Part shown: piece after piece, positions 9,608 to 20,093 of the stretch
Layout: each line of letters starts with the position of its first letter
Position numbering within the stretch: the first letter of the stretch is position 1
Origin: Burkholderiales bacterium
GTDB taxonomy: Bacteria > Pseudomonadota > Gammaproteobacteria > Burkholderiales > SG8-39
Direction: 5' to 3'
Assembly (NCBI GenBank): GCA_050246035.1
Contig: JBFWWT010000003.1
Span: 34,684 to 98,683 of the forward strand
Length of the DNA stretch: 64,000 nucleotides
Notes under the pieces: model-generated
Told to the model about the DNA's origin: nothing
The model's database searches: none
Seen by the model: only the letters and a program-made list of their open reading frames with translations
Position numbers and translations under genes: made by a program

Positions 9608-10161
9608 TGCGCCTGCAGCCGCGCGAGGTCGGCCTGGTAGTCCCCGGTCGGCTCGAACAGCGGAAACAGGCGCAGCGCCTTCCCCGGGTAGTCGAAGGCC
9701 GCCGGCAGGATCGGCACCTGTGCCGCCACCGCGATGTTGTAGAACCCGCTGCGCCAGGGCTTGCCGGGCGTGCGCGTGCCCTCGGGGGCGATACCGAGGA
9801 GCACCTTGTCCTCGCGCGCGATCATCTCCGCGGCGTCCTGCACCGCGCCCTGCGGCGACTCGCGCACCACGGGCGTGCCGCCCAGCCAGCGCATCAGCCA
9901 GCCCAGCGGCGGGCGAAAGAGCGTGTGCTTGCCGAGATAGCGCACGCGCAGGCCGAGAGCGAACACCACGAGGATGCCGACCACGAAGTCCCAGTTGCTC
10001 GAGTGCGGCGCGACGACGGCCACCAGCTTCGGCCGGTCGGGAAGCTCGCCCGTCACGCGCCAGCCGAAGAGCGCCAGGAGCGCGCGCGCAAATGCCTTGG
10101 AGAACGCATTGCCGCGCCTCGGCAGGCTCGCGGGCAGCCCGGGGAAGCGGCCCGCGCTCAC
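9571..10161 (-). CDS. lysophospholipid (1-acyl-sn-glycerol-3-phosphate) acyltransferase family protein
   Basis: HSSNWD (HX4D) and IAPEGTR motifs. GTG start lies 1 nt after the ettA stop. Confidence 0.8.
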   Translation of the reverse strand: MSAGRFPGLPASLPRRGNAFSKAFARALLALFGWRVTGELPDRPKLVAVVAPHSSNWDFVVGILVVFALGLRVRYLGKHTLFRPPLGWLMRWLGGTPVVRESPQGAVQDAAEMIAREDKVLLGIAPEGTRTPGKPWRSGFYNIAVAAQVPILPAAFDYPGKALRLFPLFEPTGDYQADLARLQAHYAGIRRRDTRA

Positions 10162-10162
10162 G

Positions 10163-11821
<1,659 letters not shown>

Positions 11822-11822
11822 A

Positions 11823-14102
11823 TCAGCTCTCCTCTCGCAGCGCGCGCCACACGCGCTCGGGCGTGAGCGGCATATCGAGCGCTTTCCCGCCGAGTGCGTC
11901 GATCACCGCGTTGACGATCGCGGGCGTGGCGCCGTGGCAGCCCGCCTCGCCCGCGCCCTTCGCGCCGAGGGGGTTCTGCGCCGTGGGCACCGACTGGTCG
12001 AAGCGGCACTCCAGATGCGCGGGCATCTGGTCGGCGTGCGGCATCGCGTAGTCCATGAACGAGCCCGTGAGCAGCTGCCCGGTCTCGTCGTAGACCGACT
12101 GCTCGAAGAGCGCCTGGCCGAGCCCCTGCGCCACGCCCCCGTGGATCTGCGCTTCGGCGATGAGCGGGTTGATCACGCGCCCGATGTCGTCCACGGCCGT
12201 GTGCCGCGCGACGCTCACTTCGCCCGTCTCGGGATCGACCTCGACCTCGGCAATCTGGCAGCCGTTCGGCCAGGTCTGCCCTTTCACCGTCTCGGTGTGC
12301 TCGCACACGATGCGCCTTTCCGGCTGCCTGCCGGCCAGCTCGAACAGGCCGATGCCGCGGTCCGTGCCCACGATGCGAAAGCGCCCTTCGCCGTACTCGA
12401 GATCGGCGGCGGCCGCCTCCAGCACCTGCGCGGCGAGCGGCCGCGCCGCCTCGATGAGCGCGGCCGCGCCCGCGGCCGCGGCGCTGCCGCCCACCTGCAG
12501 GCCGCGCGAGCCGCCCGCGCCGCCGCCCGAGGCGACGAGGTCGCTGTCGCCCTGCACGACGCGAATGATCTGCGGGTCGATACCGAGGCCTTGCGCCACC
12601 ACCTGCGCGTAGGACGTCCACAACCCCTGGCCGATCGACTGCGTGCCGCAGTCCACCTCCAGCGTGCCGTCGGCGGCAGCGATCACGCGCACGGTCTCGT
12701 TCAGCCGCGCGCTGCCGGTGATCTCGACGTAGCAGGCAAGCCCGCGTCCGTAGCGCAGGCCGCGCGCCTCGGCCGCGCGCTTGCGCGCCGCGAAGCCCTT
12801 CCAGTCCGCGGCCTCGAGCGCGCCGCGCAGCATCTTCGCGAATTCGCCGCAGTCGTAGGTGTAGCCCGCGGGGTTGGCGTAGGGCATGCGCGCCGGCGGA
12901 ATGATGTTCTTCAGGCGCAGCTCGACTGCGTCCACGCCCAGCTCGCGCGCCGCCCGGTCCACGAGCCTCTCGAGGAGATAGCCCATCTCCGGGCGGCCCG
13001 CGCCGCGATAGGCGTCCACCGGCGTCGTGTTGGTGAACAGCATCTTCACCTCGTGATCGAGCACCGGGATGGCGTAGACGCCGGTCGGCGCGCGCACGCC
13101 CGACATGGCCGGCACCGCCGCGCCGAAGCTCGAGATGTATGCGCCGACGTTGGCGAGCGTGCGGATGCGCAGCGCCGTGAAGCGCTGCTCCGCGTCGAGC
13201 GCGAGCTCGGCCACCGTCAGGTTGTCGCGCCCGTGCACCTCGGCGAGGATGCTCTCCGAGCGGTCGGCGAGCCAGCGCAAGGGGCGCCCCAGCCTTTTTG
13301 CCGCCCAGAGCAGCGCCGCGTGCTCGGGATAGGCGTAGCCGCGCGTGCCGAAGCCGCCGCCGACGTCGGTGCTCAGGATGCGCAGCGCCTCCTCTTTCAC
13401 GCCGAGCACGGTCGCGAGGTGCGTGCGCACGGTGTGCACGTTCTGCGTGGGGCACCACAGCGTGTAGCGGCCGCTCGCGGCGTCGTAGCGCGCCGCGAGC
13501 GCGCGCGGCTCGAGCGGATTGGCGATTACGCGCTGGTTGACGACCTGCAGGCGCACGACGCGCGCGGCCGACGCGAACGCCGCCTCGCGCGCCGCCGCGT
13601 CGCCGGCGTGGTAGTACGCGGCAACCTGTCCCGCGCGCGCAGCGCCCGTCAGATCGGCGATCGCCTCGAGCGGCTCCCAGTCCACTTCGATCAGGTCGGC
13701 CGCGTCGCGCGCCTGGTACCGGGTGTGCGCGACCACCATCGCCACCGCGTCGCCCGCGAAGCGCGCCTCGTCCGCCGTGATCGGCAGGCGCGGCGGAGAG
13801 ACCACCGGCGAGCCGTCGGGGCGCTTGTGTAGCTGCGCGAAGGGCAGCGGCTTCAGGCCGTCGGCGACGACGTCGGCGCCCGTGAAGATCGCGATCACGC
13901 CCGGCGCGGCCCGCGCCGCGTCGAGGTCGACCGCCGCCATGCGCGCGTGCGCGTGCGGCGAGCGCAGGAACGCGACGTGCGCCGCGCCCTCGGGGGCCGC
14001 GTCGTCGGTGTAGCGCCCCTGCCCGGTGAGCAGGCGCGCGTCCTCGAGGCGGCGCAGGGGCCGGCCGATCCACTGGCTCGCGGAGAACGTGGCGTCGGAC
14101 AT
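11823..14102 (-). CDS. xanthine dehydrogenase/aldehyde oxidase family molybdopterin-binding subunit
   Basis: MSDATFSASQWIGRPLRRLEDARLLTGQGRYTDD and a 759-aa Mo-binding subunit architecture. The ORF-track extension to 14930 was rejected because it overlaps the opposite-strand gene. Confidence 0.9.
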   Translation of the reverse strand: MSDATFSASQWIGRPLRRLEDARLLTGQGRYTDDAAPEGAAHVAFLRSPHAHARMAAVDLDAARAAPGVIAIFTGADVVADGLKPLPFAQLHKRPDGSPVVSPPRLPITADEARFAGDAVAMVVAHTRYQARDAADLIEVDWEPLEAIADLTGAARAGQVAAYYHAGDAAAREAAFASAARVVRLQVVNQRVIANPLEPRALAARYDAASGRYTLWCPTQNVHTVRTHLATVLGVKEEALRILSTDVGGGFGTRGYAYPEHAALLWAAKRLGRPLRWLADRSESILAEVHGRDNLTVAELALDAEQRFTALRIRTLANVGAYISSFGAAVPAMSGVRAPTGVYAIPVLDHEVKMLFTNTTPVDAYRGAGRPEMGYLLERLVDRAARELGVDAVELRLKNIIPPARMPYANPAGYTYDCGEFAKMLRGALEAADWKGFAARKRAAEARGLRYGRGLACYVEITGSARLNETVRVIAAADGTLEVDCGTQSIGQGLWTSYAQVVAQGLGIDPQIIRVVQGDSDLVASGGGAGGSRGLQVGGSAAAAGAAALIEAARPLAAQVLEAAAADLEYGEGRFRIVGTDRGIGLFELAGRQPERRIVCEHTETVKGQTWPNGCQIAEVEVDPETGEVSVARHTAVDDIGRVINPLIAEAQIHGGVAQGLGQALFEQSVYDETGQLLTGSFMDYAMPHADQMPAHLECRFDQSVPTAQNPLGAKGAGEAGCHGATPAIVNAVIDALGGKALDMPLTPERVWRALREES

Positions 14103-14141
14103 CAAAGCGGCGGATTCTATACTGCACCCCCGGAGGACCTC

Positions 14142-15020
14142 ATGAGCGATGCGCAGACCCTCGGCTTCATCGGCACCGGCGTGATGGGCGAGCCCATGTG
14201 CCGCAACCTCGCGGCGAAGAGCGCGCGGCGCGTGCTCGCCTGGGACCCGCGGCGCGAACCGCTGGAGCGCCTTGAGGCGCAGGGTGTCGCGATCGCCGGC
14301 GCCGCCGACGAGGTCGCGCGCGCGGCCGCGATCGTCTTCGTCTGCCTGCCCGGGGGCGCGCAGCTCGAGTCGCTGTGCGAGACCGCGCTGCTGCCGGCGG
14401 CGCGCGCGGGACTCACGCTCGTGGACCTCGGCACCTCGGGCGTCGGCCGCACGAGGCGGCTCGCCGGGCGCTTCGCCGAGCGCGGCGCCGACTACGCCGA
14501 CGCGCCGATCGCGCGCACGCGCGAGGCCGCCCGGAAGGGCACGCTGGCGATCTCCGTGGGCGCGAGCCCCGAAGTGTTCGAGCGCATCAGGCCGCTGCTC
14601 GCATGCGTAGGCACCGACATCACGCACTGCGGCGGCGTGGGCACCGGCCAGGTGGTCAAGATCCTGAACAACATGGTGCTCTTCCAGACCGTGAATGCGC
14701 TCGCCGAGGCGCTCGCACTCGGGCGCCGCGCGGGCGTGGATCCGGAGCTGCTCTTCGACGCGCTCGCCAAGGGCTCGGCCGACAGCTTCGCGCTGCGCAA
14801 CCACGGCATGAAGGCCATGCTGCCGGGCGCGTACCCCGAGCGGGCCTTCTCGGTCGAGTACGCGGCGAAGGACAACGGCTACGCGCTCGAGCTCGGGCGC
14901 GAGACGGGCGTGCGCCTGCGCGGCGCGCACCTCCTCGCCGGACTGCTCGAGGAAGCGAAGACGGCGGGCCTCGGCGAGGACTACTGGCCGGTGATCGCGA
15001 GAATCGTGGATCGCGGCTAG
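14142..15020 (+). CDS. NAD(P)-dependent oxidoreductase (3-hydroxyisobutyrate dehydrogenase family)
   Basis: LGFIGTGVMGEPMCRNL Rossmann motif and GTGQVVKILNNM. SD GGAGGA lies upstream. Confidence 0.85.
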   Translation: MSDAQTLGFIGTGVMGEPMCRNLAAKSARRVLAWDPRREPLERLEAQGVAIAGAADEVARAAAIVFVCLPGGAQLESLCETALLPAARAGLTLVDLGTSGVGRTRRLAGRFAERGADYADAPIARTREAARKGTLAISVGASPEVFERIRPLLACVGTDITHCGGVGTGQVVKILNNMVLFQTVNALAEALALGRRAGVDPELLFDALAKGSADSFALRNHGMKAMLPGAYPERAFSVEYAAKDNGYALELGRETGVRLRGAHLLAGLLEEAKTAGLGEDYWPVIARIVDRG

Positions 15021-15027
15021 CGCCGCG

Positions 15028-15747
15028 CTACCAGCGCGTCGAGAGGCCGAGCAGGATCGCCTCGCGCAGCTCGGCGCTGCCGCTGCCCCATTTCACGCCC
15101 GCGTCGAGATCGAGGTCGCGCGTCACCGGCCAGATGACCCCGAACACGAGGTAGCGCTCGGCGCGCGACTGCGCCGGGTCGGGATTCGTATTGCGGGCGA
15201 AATCGACGACCAGGCGCGGCCCGGTCCCCGCGCGCAGCTCGACCGCGCCCGAGACGTGCCGCAGCGACTCGCGCTCGCCGATCGTGTTGCGGTGCCGACG
15301 GTAGCCGAGGTGCACGTGGAAGGTCGCCGGGCCATGCGCGTACGAGGTGACGAACTGCGAGCCCCACCCGGCCTTGCCCGCCCCGAGGCCTTCACGCTCG
15401 TCCCCGGTCGGCAGCGTGATACCGGGCTTGAGCGCGAGGCTCCACGCGCCGCGCTCGAGCAAGCGCCACTTGAGATCCAGCGTCGCGTCGCCCATGCCGC
15501 TGTGGCGCTCGCGGTGCCAGGGCAGACCCGCTTGCACGTCGAGGTTGCGCGAGAGCCCGTAGCTCAGCACCGCGTCTTCCTGGTCGAGCCTCGCGCGCGT
15601 AACGCGCGCCTCGCCCGCCTCGCCGAAGAGCTCGAGCTGCCAGCGCCCGGCGCCCACGGTGCCGGTGTCCTCGGTGATGAGCGGATGCGCGGCCTGCGCC
15701 CCGGCGGCGGCGAGGGCGAGACCGGCGAGAAGGACGCGGCGCAGCAC
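15028..15747 (-). CDS. outer-membrane beta-barrel protein (MetA-pathway 'transporter' family-like)
   Basis: Signal peptide LLAGLALAAAGAQA, alternating beta-strand pattern, C-terminal ..LGLSTRW. GTG start. Confidence 0.6.
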   Translation of the reverse strand: MLRRVLLAGLALAAAGAQAAHPLITEDTGTVGAGRWQLELFGEAGEARVTRARLDQEDAVLSYGLSRNLDVQAGLPWHRERHSGMGDATLDLKWRLLERGAWSLALKPGITLPTGDEREGLGAGKAGWGSQFVTSYAHGPATFHVHLGYRRHRNTIGERESLRHVSGAVELRAGTGPRLVVDFARNTNPDPAQSRAERYLVFGVIWPVTRDLDLDAGVKWGSGSAELREAILLGLSTRW

Positions 15748-15790
15748 GCGCGCAGTTTAGACTACGGCCGGACCTTTCCCGGAGACCCCC

Positions 15791-16087
15791 ATGCCCTACG
15801 CGATCATCACCACCGACCGCAAGGATGCCGGCGACCTGCGCGCGAAGACGCGGGCCGAGCACCTGAAGTACCTGGACGCCCACATGCACCGCCTGCTCGC
15901 CGCGGGGGCGCTCATCGGCGACGACGGCACGGGCGGCCACGGCGGCATCCTCATCGTGGACACCGACGACCGCAAGGAGGCCGAGGCCTTCATCGCGGGC
16001 GACCCCTTCACGAAGGCGGGGCTCTTCGAGAAGGTGACGGTCGCCCGCTGGCGCAAGGCCTACTTCGACGGCAGGAAGCTCATCTAG
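15791..16087 (+). CDS. YciI family protein
   Basis: MPYAIITTDR..RAEHLKYL..GGILIVDTDDRKEAEAFIAGDPFTKAGLFE. Confidence 0.85.
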   Translation: MPYAIITTDRKDAGDLRAKTRAEHLKYLDAHMHRLLAAGALIGDDGTGGHGGILIVDTDDRKEAEAFIAGDPFTKAGLFEKVTVARWRKAYFDGRKLI

Positions 16088-16590
16088 CCGAACATCATCC
16101 CGCCGCGCCCGCGCCCGCGGCGGCCGAAGCGCGCCGCGAGCGTCCGGCGCTGCTCGGGGCTGAGCACCTCGGCGACGTCGGCGAGCGCCTGCGTGAAGCG
16201 CTTCGAGGCGCCGTCGGCCGCCGCGATCTGCTCGGCGCGCAAGCGCTCGATCGCCGCGCGGTCGATGGTGTCGGCGGAGAAGAGCTTCATGCCCTCGCGC
16301 CGCGCCTCGCGCACCTTCGCGCGCAGCGGCTGCAGCTCCTTCGCCGCCTGCTTCACGATCGGCTCGAGCTTCTGCTTTTGCGTGTCGGTGGCGTCGATCT
16401 CGACGTACACGTGCTCGAGCATGCGATCGAGGCGCTCCTCCATCGCGGCCGGGTCCATGGGCCCGCGCCCGTGGCGGCGTCCGTGCGCGAGCGCCCCGAA
16501 GGCGAGCGTGCCGAGGCCGGCGGCGGCGGTGGACAGGCCGGCGAGCTTGAAGAATCGACGGCGCGAGGACTGGGGGGTGGCTTGCGTCAT
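16084..16590 (-). CDS. periplasmic Spy/CpxP-family protein
   Basis: Tat-like signal SRRRFFKLAGLSTAAAG, then a helical E/R/Q-rich body with LSPEQRRTL (LTXXQ-like). Only the C-terminal 168 aa of the track ORF 16084..17862 is used. Confidence 0.7.
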   Translation of the reverse strand: MTQATPQSSRRRFFKLAGLSTAAAGLGTLAFGALAHGRRHGRGPMDPAAMEERLDRMLEHVYVEIDATDTQKQKLEPIVKQAAKELQPLRAKVREARREGMKLFSADTIDRAAIERLRAEQIAAADGASKRFTQALADVAEVLSPEQRRTLAARFGRRGRGRGGMMFG

Positions 16591-16669
16591 GGTCTTTCCT
16601 TTCGCATCAGGGTAAGTGGGAAACGCAGCCCCAGTGTGCCGCGCGCGCGTAAGGCGCCGATGTCCACTC

Positions 16670-16684
16670 GTAACCAGATGTAAC
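16670..16684. promoter_or_regulatory. candidate CpxR-type direct repeat GTAAC-N5-GTAAC
   Basis: GTAACCAGATGTAAC lies about 80 nt upstream of the Spy/CpxP-like start. It resembles the GTAAA-N5-GTAAA CpxR box. Confidence 0.35.
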
Positions 16685-16685
16685 G

Positions 16686-17792
16686 TCACGACGCCGGCTC
16701 GAGCCTTGCGAGTACCGCGCGCGACTCGTCGGTGAGCAGGTAGAGGTAGCCATCGGGCCCCTGGCGCACGTCGCGGATGCGCCCGAGCTCGCGGCGCAGC
16801 AGGCGCTCTTCGCGCACCACCTTCTCGCCATCCAGCTCGAGGCGGACCAGAAGCTCCGCGCGCAGCGCGCCGACGAAGAGGCTGCCCTTCCAGCGCGGGA
16901 ACTTGTCGCCGGTGTAGAACGCCATGCCCGAGGGGGCGATCGAAGGCACCCACTTGTGCAGCGGCTGCTCCATGCCGGCCTTGGCCGTGCCCTCGCCGAT
17001 CTTGGTGCCGATGCCGTAGTTGACGCCGTAGGTGATCACCGGCCAGCCGTAGTTCGCGCCCGGCTTGATCACGTTCACCTCGTCGCCGCCCTGCGGGCCG
17101 TGCTCGTGCGTCCAGAGCTCGCCGCTCTGCGGATGCAGCGCCGCGCCCTGCTGGTTGCGGTTGCCGAGCGTGTATTTCTCCCAGCGCCAGCCCGGCTTGC
17201 CGACGAACGGGTTGTCCCCGGGCACGCCGCCGTCGTCGTGGATGCGGATCACCGAACCGGCGTGGTCGTCGGGCTTCTGCGCGCGCTCCATCTCGCCGCG
17301 GTCGCCGAGCGTGACGTAGAGGTGGCCCTCGCGGTCGAAGACGAGCCGCGAGCCGAAATGCCGGCCGGTGCTGCCCTTCGGCTGCTGGCGGAAGATCACC
17401 TGAACGTCCTCCAGCCGGTGGCCGGCGAGCCGGCCGCGCGCCACCGCGGTGCCCACGCCGCCCTCGCCGCGCTCGGCGTAGGACAGGAACACGAGCCCGT
17501 TCTGCGCGAAGCGCGGATGCAGCGCGACGTCCATGAGCCCGCCCTGCCCGTACACCTCGACGGCGGGCAGCCCCTCGACGGGGCGCGGGTCGAGCTTGCC
17601 GTCCTTCACGATGCGCAGGCGGCCCACCTTCTCGGTCACCAGCATGCGGCCGTCGGGCAGGAAGGCGAGCGCCCAGGGCTGCTCGAGGCCGCGCACCAGC
17701 TCGACGACGCGGAAGGCGTGCTTTTCCGACTGGAAGGTCTGGGCGAGGGCCGGCGCGGCGAAAAACGCGAGAACGATCGGCAGGAGTCTCAT
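16686..17792 (-). CDS. PQQ-dependent soluble sugar (aldose) dehydrogenase
   Basis: Signal peptide, then LEQPWALAFLPDGRMLVTEK, GGLMDVALHP and GNRNQQGAALHP..LWTHEHGPQGGDEVN. Confidence 0.9.
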   Translation of the reverse strand: MRLLPIVLAFFAAPALAQTFQSEKHAFRVVELVRGLEQPWALAFLPDGRMLVTEKVGRLRIVKDGKLDPRPVEGLPAVEVYGQGGLMDVALHPRFAQNGLVFLSYAERGEGGVGTAVARGRLAGHRLEDVQVIFRQQPKGSTGRHFGSRLVFDREGHLYVTLGDRGEMERAQKPDDHAGSVIRIHDDGGVPGDNPFVGKPGWRWEKYTLGNRNQQGAALHPQSGELWTHEHGPQGGDEVNVIKPGANYGWPVITYGVNYGIGTKIGEGTAKAGMEQPLHKWVPSIAPSGMAFYTGDKFPRWKGSLFVGALRAELLVRLELDGEKVVREERLLRRELGRIRDVRQGPDGYLYLLTDESRAVLARLEPAS

Positions 17793-17942
17793 GCGGATAG
17801 GATAAACGACAGGGCTGGCGCTCGGTTCCGCGTCCGCGCGAAGGCGGATGGTTCCATGACAATCATTGGGGCGATGGTCGCGGACGAGCCGTTGCCGCCC
17901 GGGTGGCCGCGGCATATGATGGCCGTCCGACCAGGAGGCAGC

Positions 17943-18113
17943 ATGCGCTATGTTCACAGCAAGCTAGGTGCAGTCCTCGCGGCAGTCTTGCTCGCGGCAG
18001 GCCTGGGCGCCCCGGCTCTTGCCGCGCAGCCGGGCGCAGACTCGCAGCAGCAGACGCCGAAAGACTGCAAGAAGCACCCCGATCAGAAGGGCTGCAAGGG
18101 AACCCAGTACTGA
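17943..18113 (+). CDS. small secreted peptide (56 aa)
   Basis: Strong SD AGGAGG lies 4 nt upstream. Signal peptide LGAVLAAVLLAAGLGAPALA, then a mature 29 aa containing DCKKHPDQKGC. Confidence 0.45.
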   Translation: MRYVHSKLGAVLAAVLLAAGLGAPALAAQPGADSQQQTPKDCKKHPDQKGCKGTQY

Positions 18114-18114
18114 C

Positions 18115-19317
18115 CTAAATCGCGCCCGCCGCGCGCAGCTCCGCCCGCGCCTCGGCCTGCAGGCCGAGCAGCGACTCGAGCACCTCGTCGGTATGCGCGC
18201 CGAGCGCCGGCCCCGGCGCGTCGGTGCGACCCGGCGTTTCGCCGAGGATCGGGGGGATCGCGGGGATCTTGAGCGGCTTGCCCGCCACCTCGACTTGCTC
18301 GAACATGCCGCGCGCGTTGAAGTGCGGGTCCGCCATCATGTCGGCGACGCTGTAGATCGGGCCATTCGGCACGCCCGCCTCGCGCAGCGCCGCGAGCGCA
18401 TCCGCCGAGCTGCGCGCCTTCGTCCAGGCGAGGATCGCCTCGTCGATCTCTTTTTCGTTCTCCACGCGCTTCGCATTGGTGGCGAAGCGCGGATCCTCGG
18501 CCATCTCCGGCCGGCCGATGGCGCGCATGAGGCGCTGGTAGATCGAGTCGCCGTTGCCGCCGATGATCACGTATTTGCCGTCGGCGCACAGGTACGTGTT
18601 CGTAGGGACGATGCCGGTGAGCGTGGAGCCGGAGGGCTCGCGGATCACGCCCGCGCCGTCGTACTCGGGCACCACCGACTCCATCAGGTTGAACACCGAC
18701 TCGTAGATGGCGACGTCCACCACCTGGCCCGCGGCGGCCTTGCCGCGCAGGCGCGCGGTGAGCGAAAGCAGGATGCCGAGCACCGCGTGCAGGCCGGCGA
18801 GCGTGTCGCCCATCGAGAGGTTCGGGCGCACGGGCGGGCGGTCGGGAAAGCCGTTCACGTGGCGAAAGCCCGCGAAGCCCTCGCACACCGAGGCGAAGCC
18901 CGGCTGCGAGGCGTACGGCCCCGTCTGGCCGTAGCCCGAGACGCGCGCGACGATGAGCTCGGGGTTGAGCTTCTTGAGCTCGGCGGGCCCCATCCCCCAC
19001 TTCTCCAGCGTCCCGGGACGGAAGTTCTCGATGAGGACGTCCGACTTCGCGGCGAGCGCCTTCGCGATCTCGCGGCCGCGCGGCGTGCCGAGGTCGAGCG
19101 TCACCGACTTCTTGTTGCGCGCGAGGCTCGCCCACCACAGCGACGTGCCGTCGCGCACGACGCGCCAGCCGCGGATCGGGTCGCCGCCCGGCGGCTCGAT
19201 CTTGATCACCTCGGCGCCGAAGTAGCCGAGCACGCAGCCCGCGAAGGGGCCGGCGAGGAGCTGTCCCATTTCCAGGACGCGAATGCCCTCGAGGGGGCGC
19301 GGTGCCGCCTTGCTCAT
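18115..19317 (-). CDS. family III CoA-transferase (CaiB/BaiF)
   Basis: [45 protein letters not shown] and ENFRPG. Confidence 0.9.
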   Translation of the reverse strand: MSKAAPRPLEGIRVLEMGQLLAGPFAGCVLGYFGAEVIKIEPPGGDPIRGWRVVRDGTSLWWASLARNKKSVTLDLGTPRGREIAKALAAKSDVLIENFRPGTLEKWGMGPAELKKLNPELIVARVSGYGQTGPYASQPGFASVCEGFAGFRHVNGFPDRPPVRPNLSMGDTLAGLHAVLGILLSLTARLRGKAAAGQVVDVAIYESVFNLMESVVPEYDGAGVIREPSGSTLTGIVPTNTYLCADGKYVIIGGNGDSIYQRLMRAIGRPEMAEDPRFATNAKRVENEKEIDEAILAWTKARSSADALAALREAGVPNGPIYSVADMMADPHFNARGMFEQVEVAGKPLKIPAIPPILGETPGRTDAPGPALGAHTDEVLESLLGLQAEARAELRAAGAI

Positions 19318-20078
19318 CCGTCTCCTTTCAGCTTCTTCGCCGCGTCCATGATCGGGCCCACGACGTCCATCGGCAGCGGGAAGACGATGGTCGTGGTCTT
19401 GTCGCCGGCGATCTGCGTGAGCGTCTGCAGGTACCGCAGCTGCATCGCCTCGGCGCGCTGCGAGAGCATGTTCGCGGCCTCGAGCAGCTTTTCGGACGCC
19501 TGCAGCTCGCCCTCGGCGTGGATGATCTTCGCGCGCCGCGCGCGCTCGGCCTCGGCCTGCGCCGCGATCGCGCGCACCATGGACTCGTTCAGGTCCACGT
19601 GCTTGATCTCCACGTTGGCCACCTTGATGCCCCAGGCGTCGGTCTGCTGGTCGAGGATCGCCTGGATGTCGGAATTGAGCTTGTCGCGCTCGGCGAGCAT
19701 CTCGTCGAGCTCGTGCTTGCCGAGCACCGAGCGCAGCGTGGTCTGCGCGAGCTGGCTCGTGGCCTCCATGAAGTTCGCCACCTGGATGATGGCGAGCTGC
19801 GGGTCCACGACGCGGAAGTAGACCACCGCGTTCACCTTCACCGAGACGTTGTCGCGCGAGATCACGTCCTGGCTCGGCACGTCGAGCACGATGAGGCGCA
19901 GGTCCACGCGCACCATCTGCTGGATGCCGGGGACGACGATGATCAGGCCCGGGCCCATGACGCGCTGGAAGCGCCCGAGCAGGAACACCACGCCGCGCTC
20001 GTACTCGCGCAGGATGCGAATCGAGGCGACGACGACGACGATCAGCAGTACCAGGAATCCGAGCCCGAAGTTCAGCAT
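19314..20078 (-). CDS. SPFH/band-7 (stomatin-like) protein
   Basis: [18 protein letters not shown] and [15 protein letters not shown]. It lies directly downstream of nfeD. Confidence 0.9.
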   Translation of the reverse strand: MLNFGLGFLVLLIVVVVASIRILREYERGVVFLLGRFQRVMGPGLIIVVPGIQQMVRVDLRLIVLDVPSQDVISRDNVSVKVNAVVYFRVVDPQLAIIQVANFMEATSQLAQTTLRSVLGKHELDEMLAERDKLNSDIQAILDQQTDAWGIKVANVEIKHVDLNESMVRAIAAQAEAERARRAKIIHAEGELQASEKLLEAANMLSQRAEAMQLRYLQTLTQIAGDKTTTIVFPLPMDVVGPIMDAAKKLKGDG

Positions 20079-20093
20079 GTGCCTTGCCTCCTC

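Noticed and set aside
14126-14141. CCCCGGAGGACCTCA resembles the repeat core GGGGACGGACCTCA
   Set aside because: It is a single half-site with no inverted partner. The GGAGGA is better explained as the SD of the downstream oxidoreductase gene.
14103-14930. N-terminal extension of the XDH-family ORF (track ORF 11823..14930)
   Set aside because: The family N-terminus begins at MSDATF (ATG 14102). The extension lies antisense to a well-supported 3-hydroxyisobutyrate-dehydrogenase-family gene.
16084-16087. Convergent genes share a palindromic CTAG overlap of their stop codons (also at 40504-40507)
   Set aside because: This is seen twice, but TAG/CTA overlaps of convergent genes are an expected by-chance outcome in compact genomes. 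No further structure was seen.
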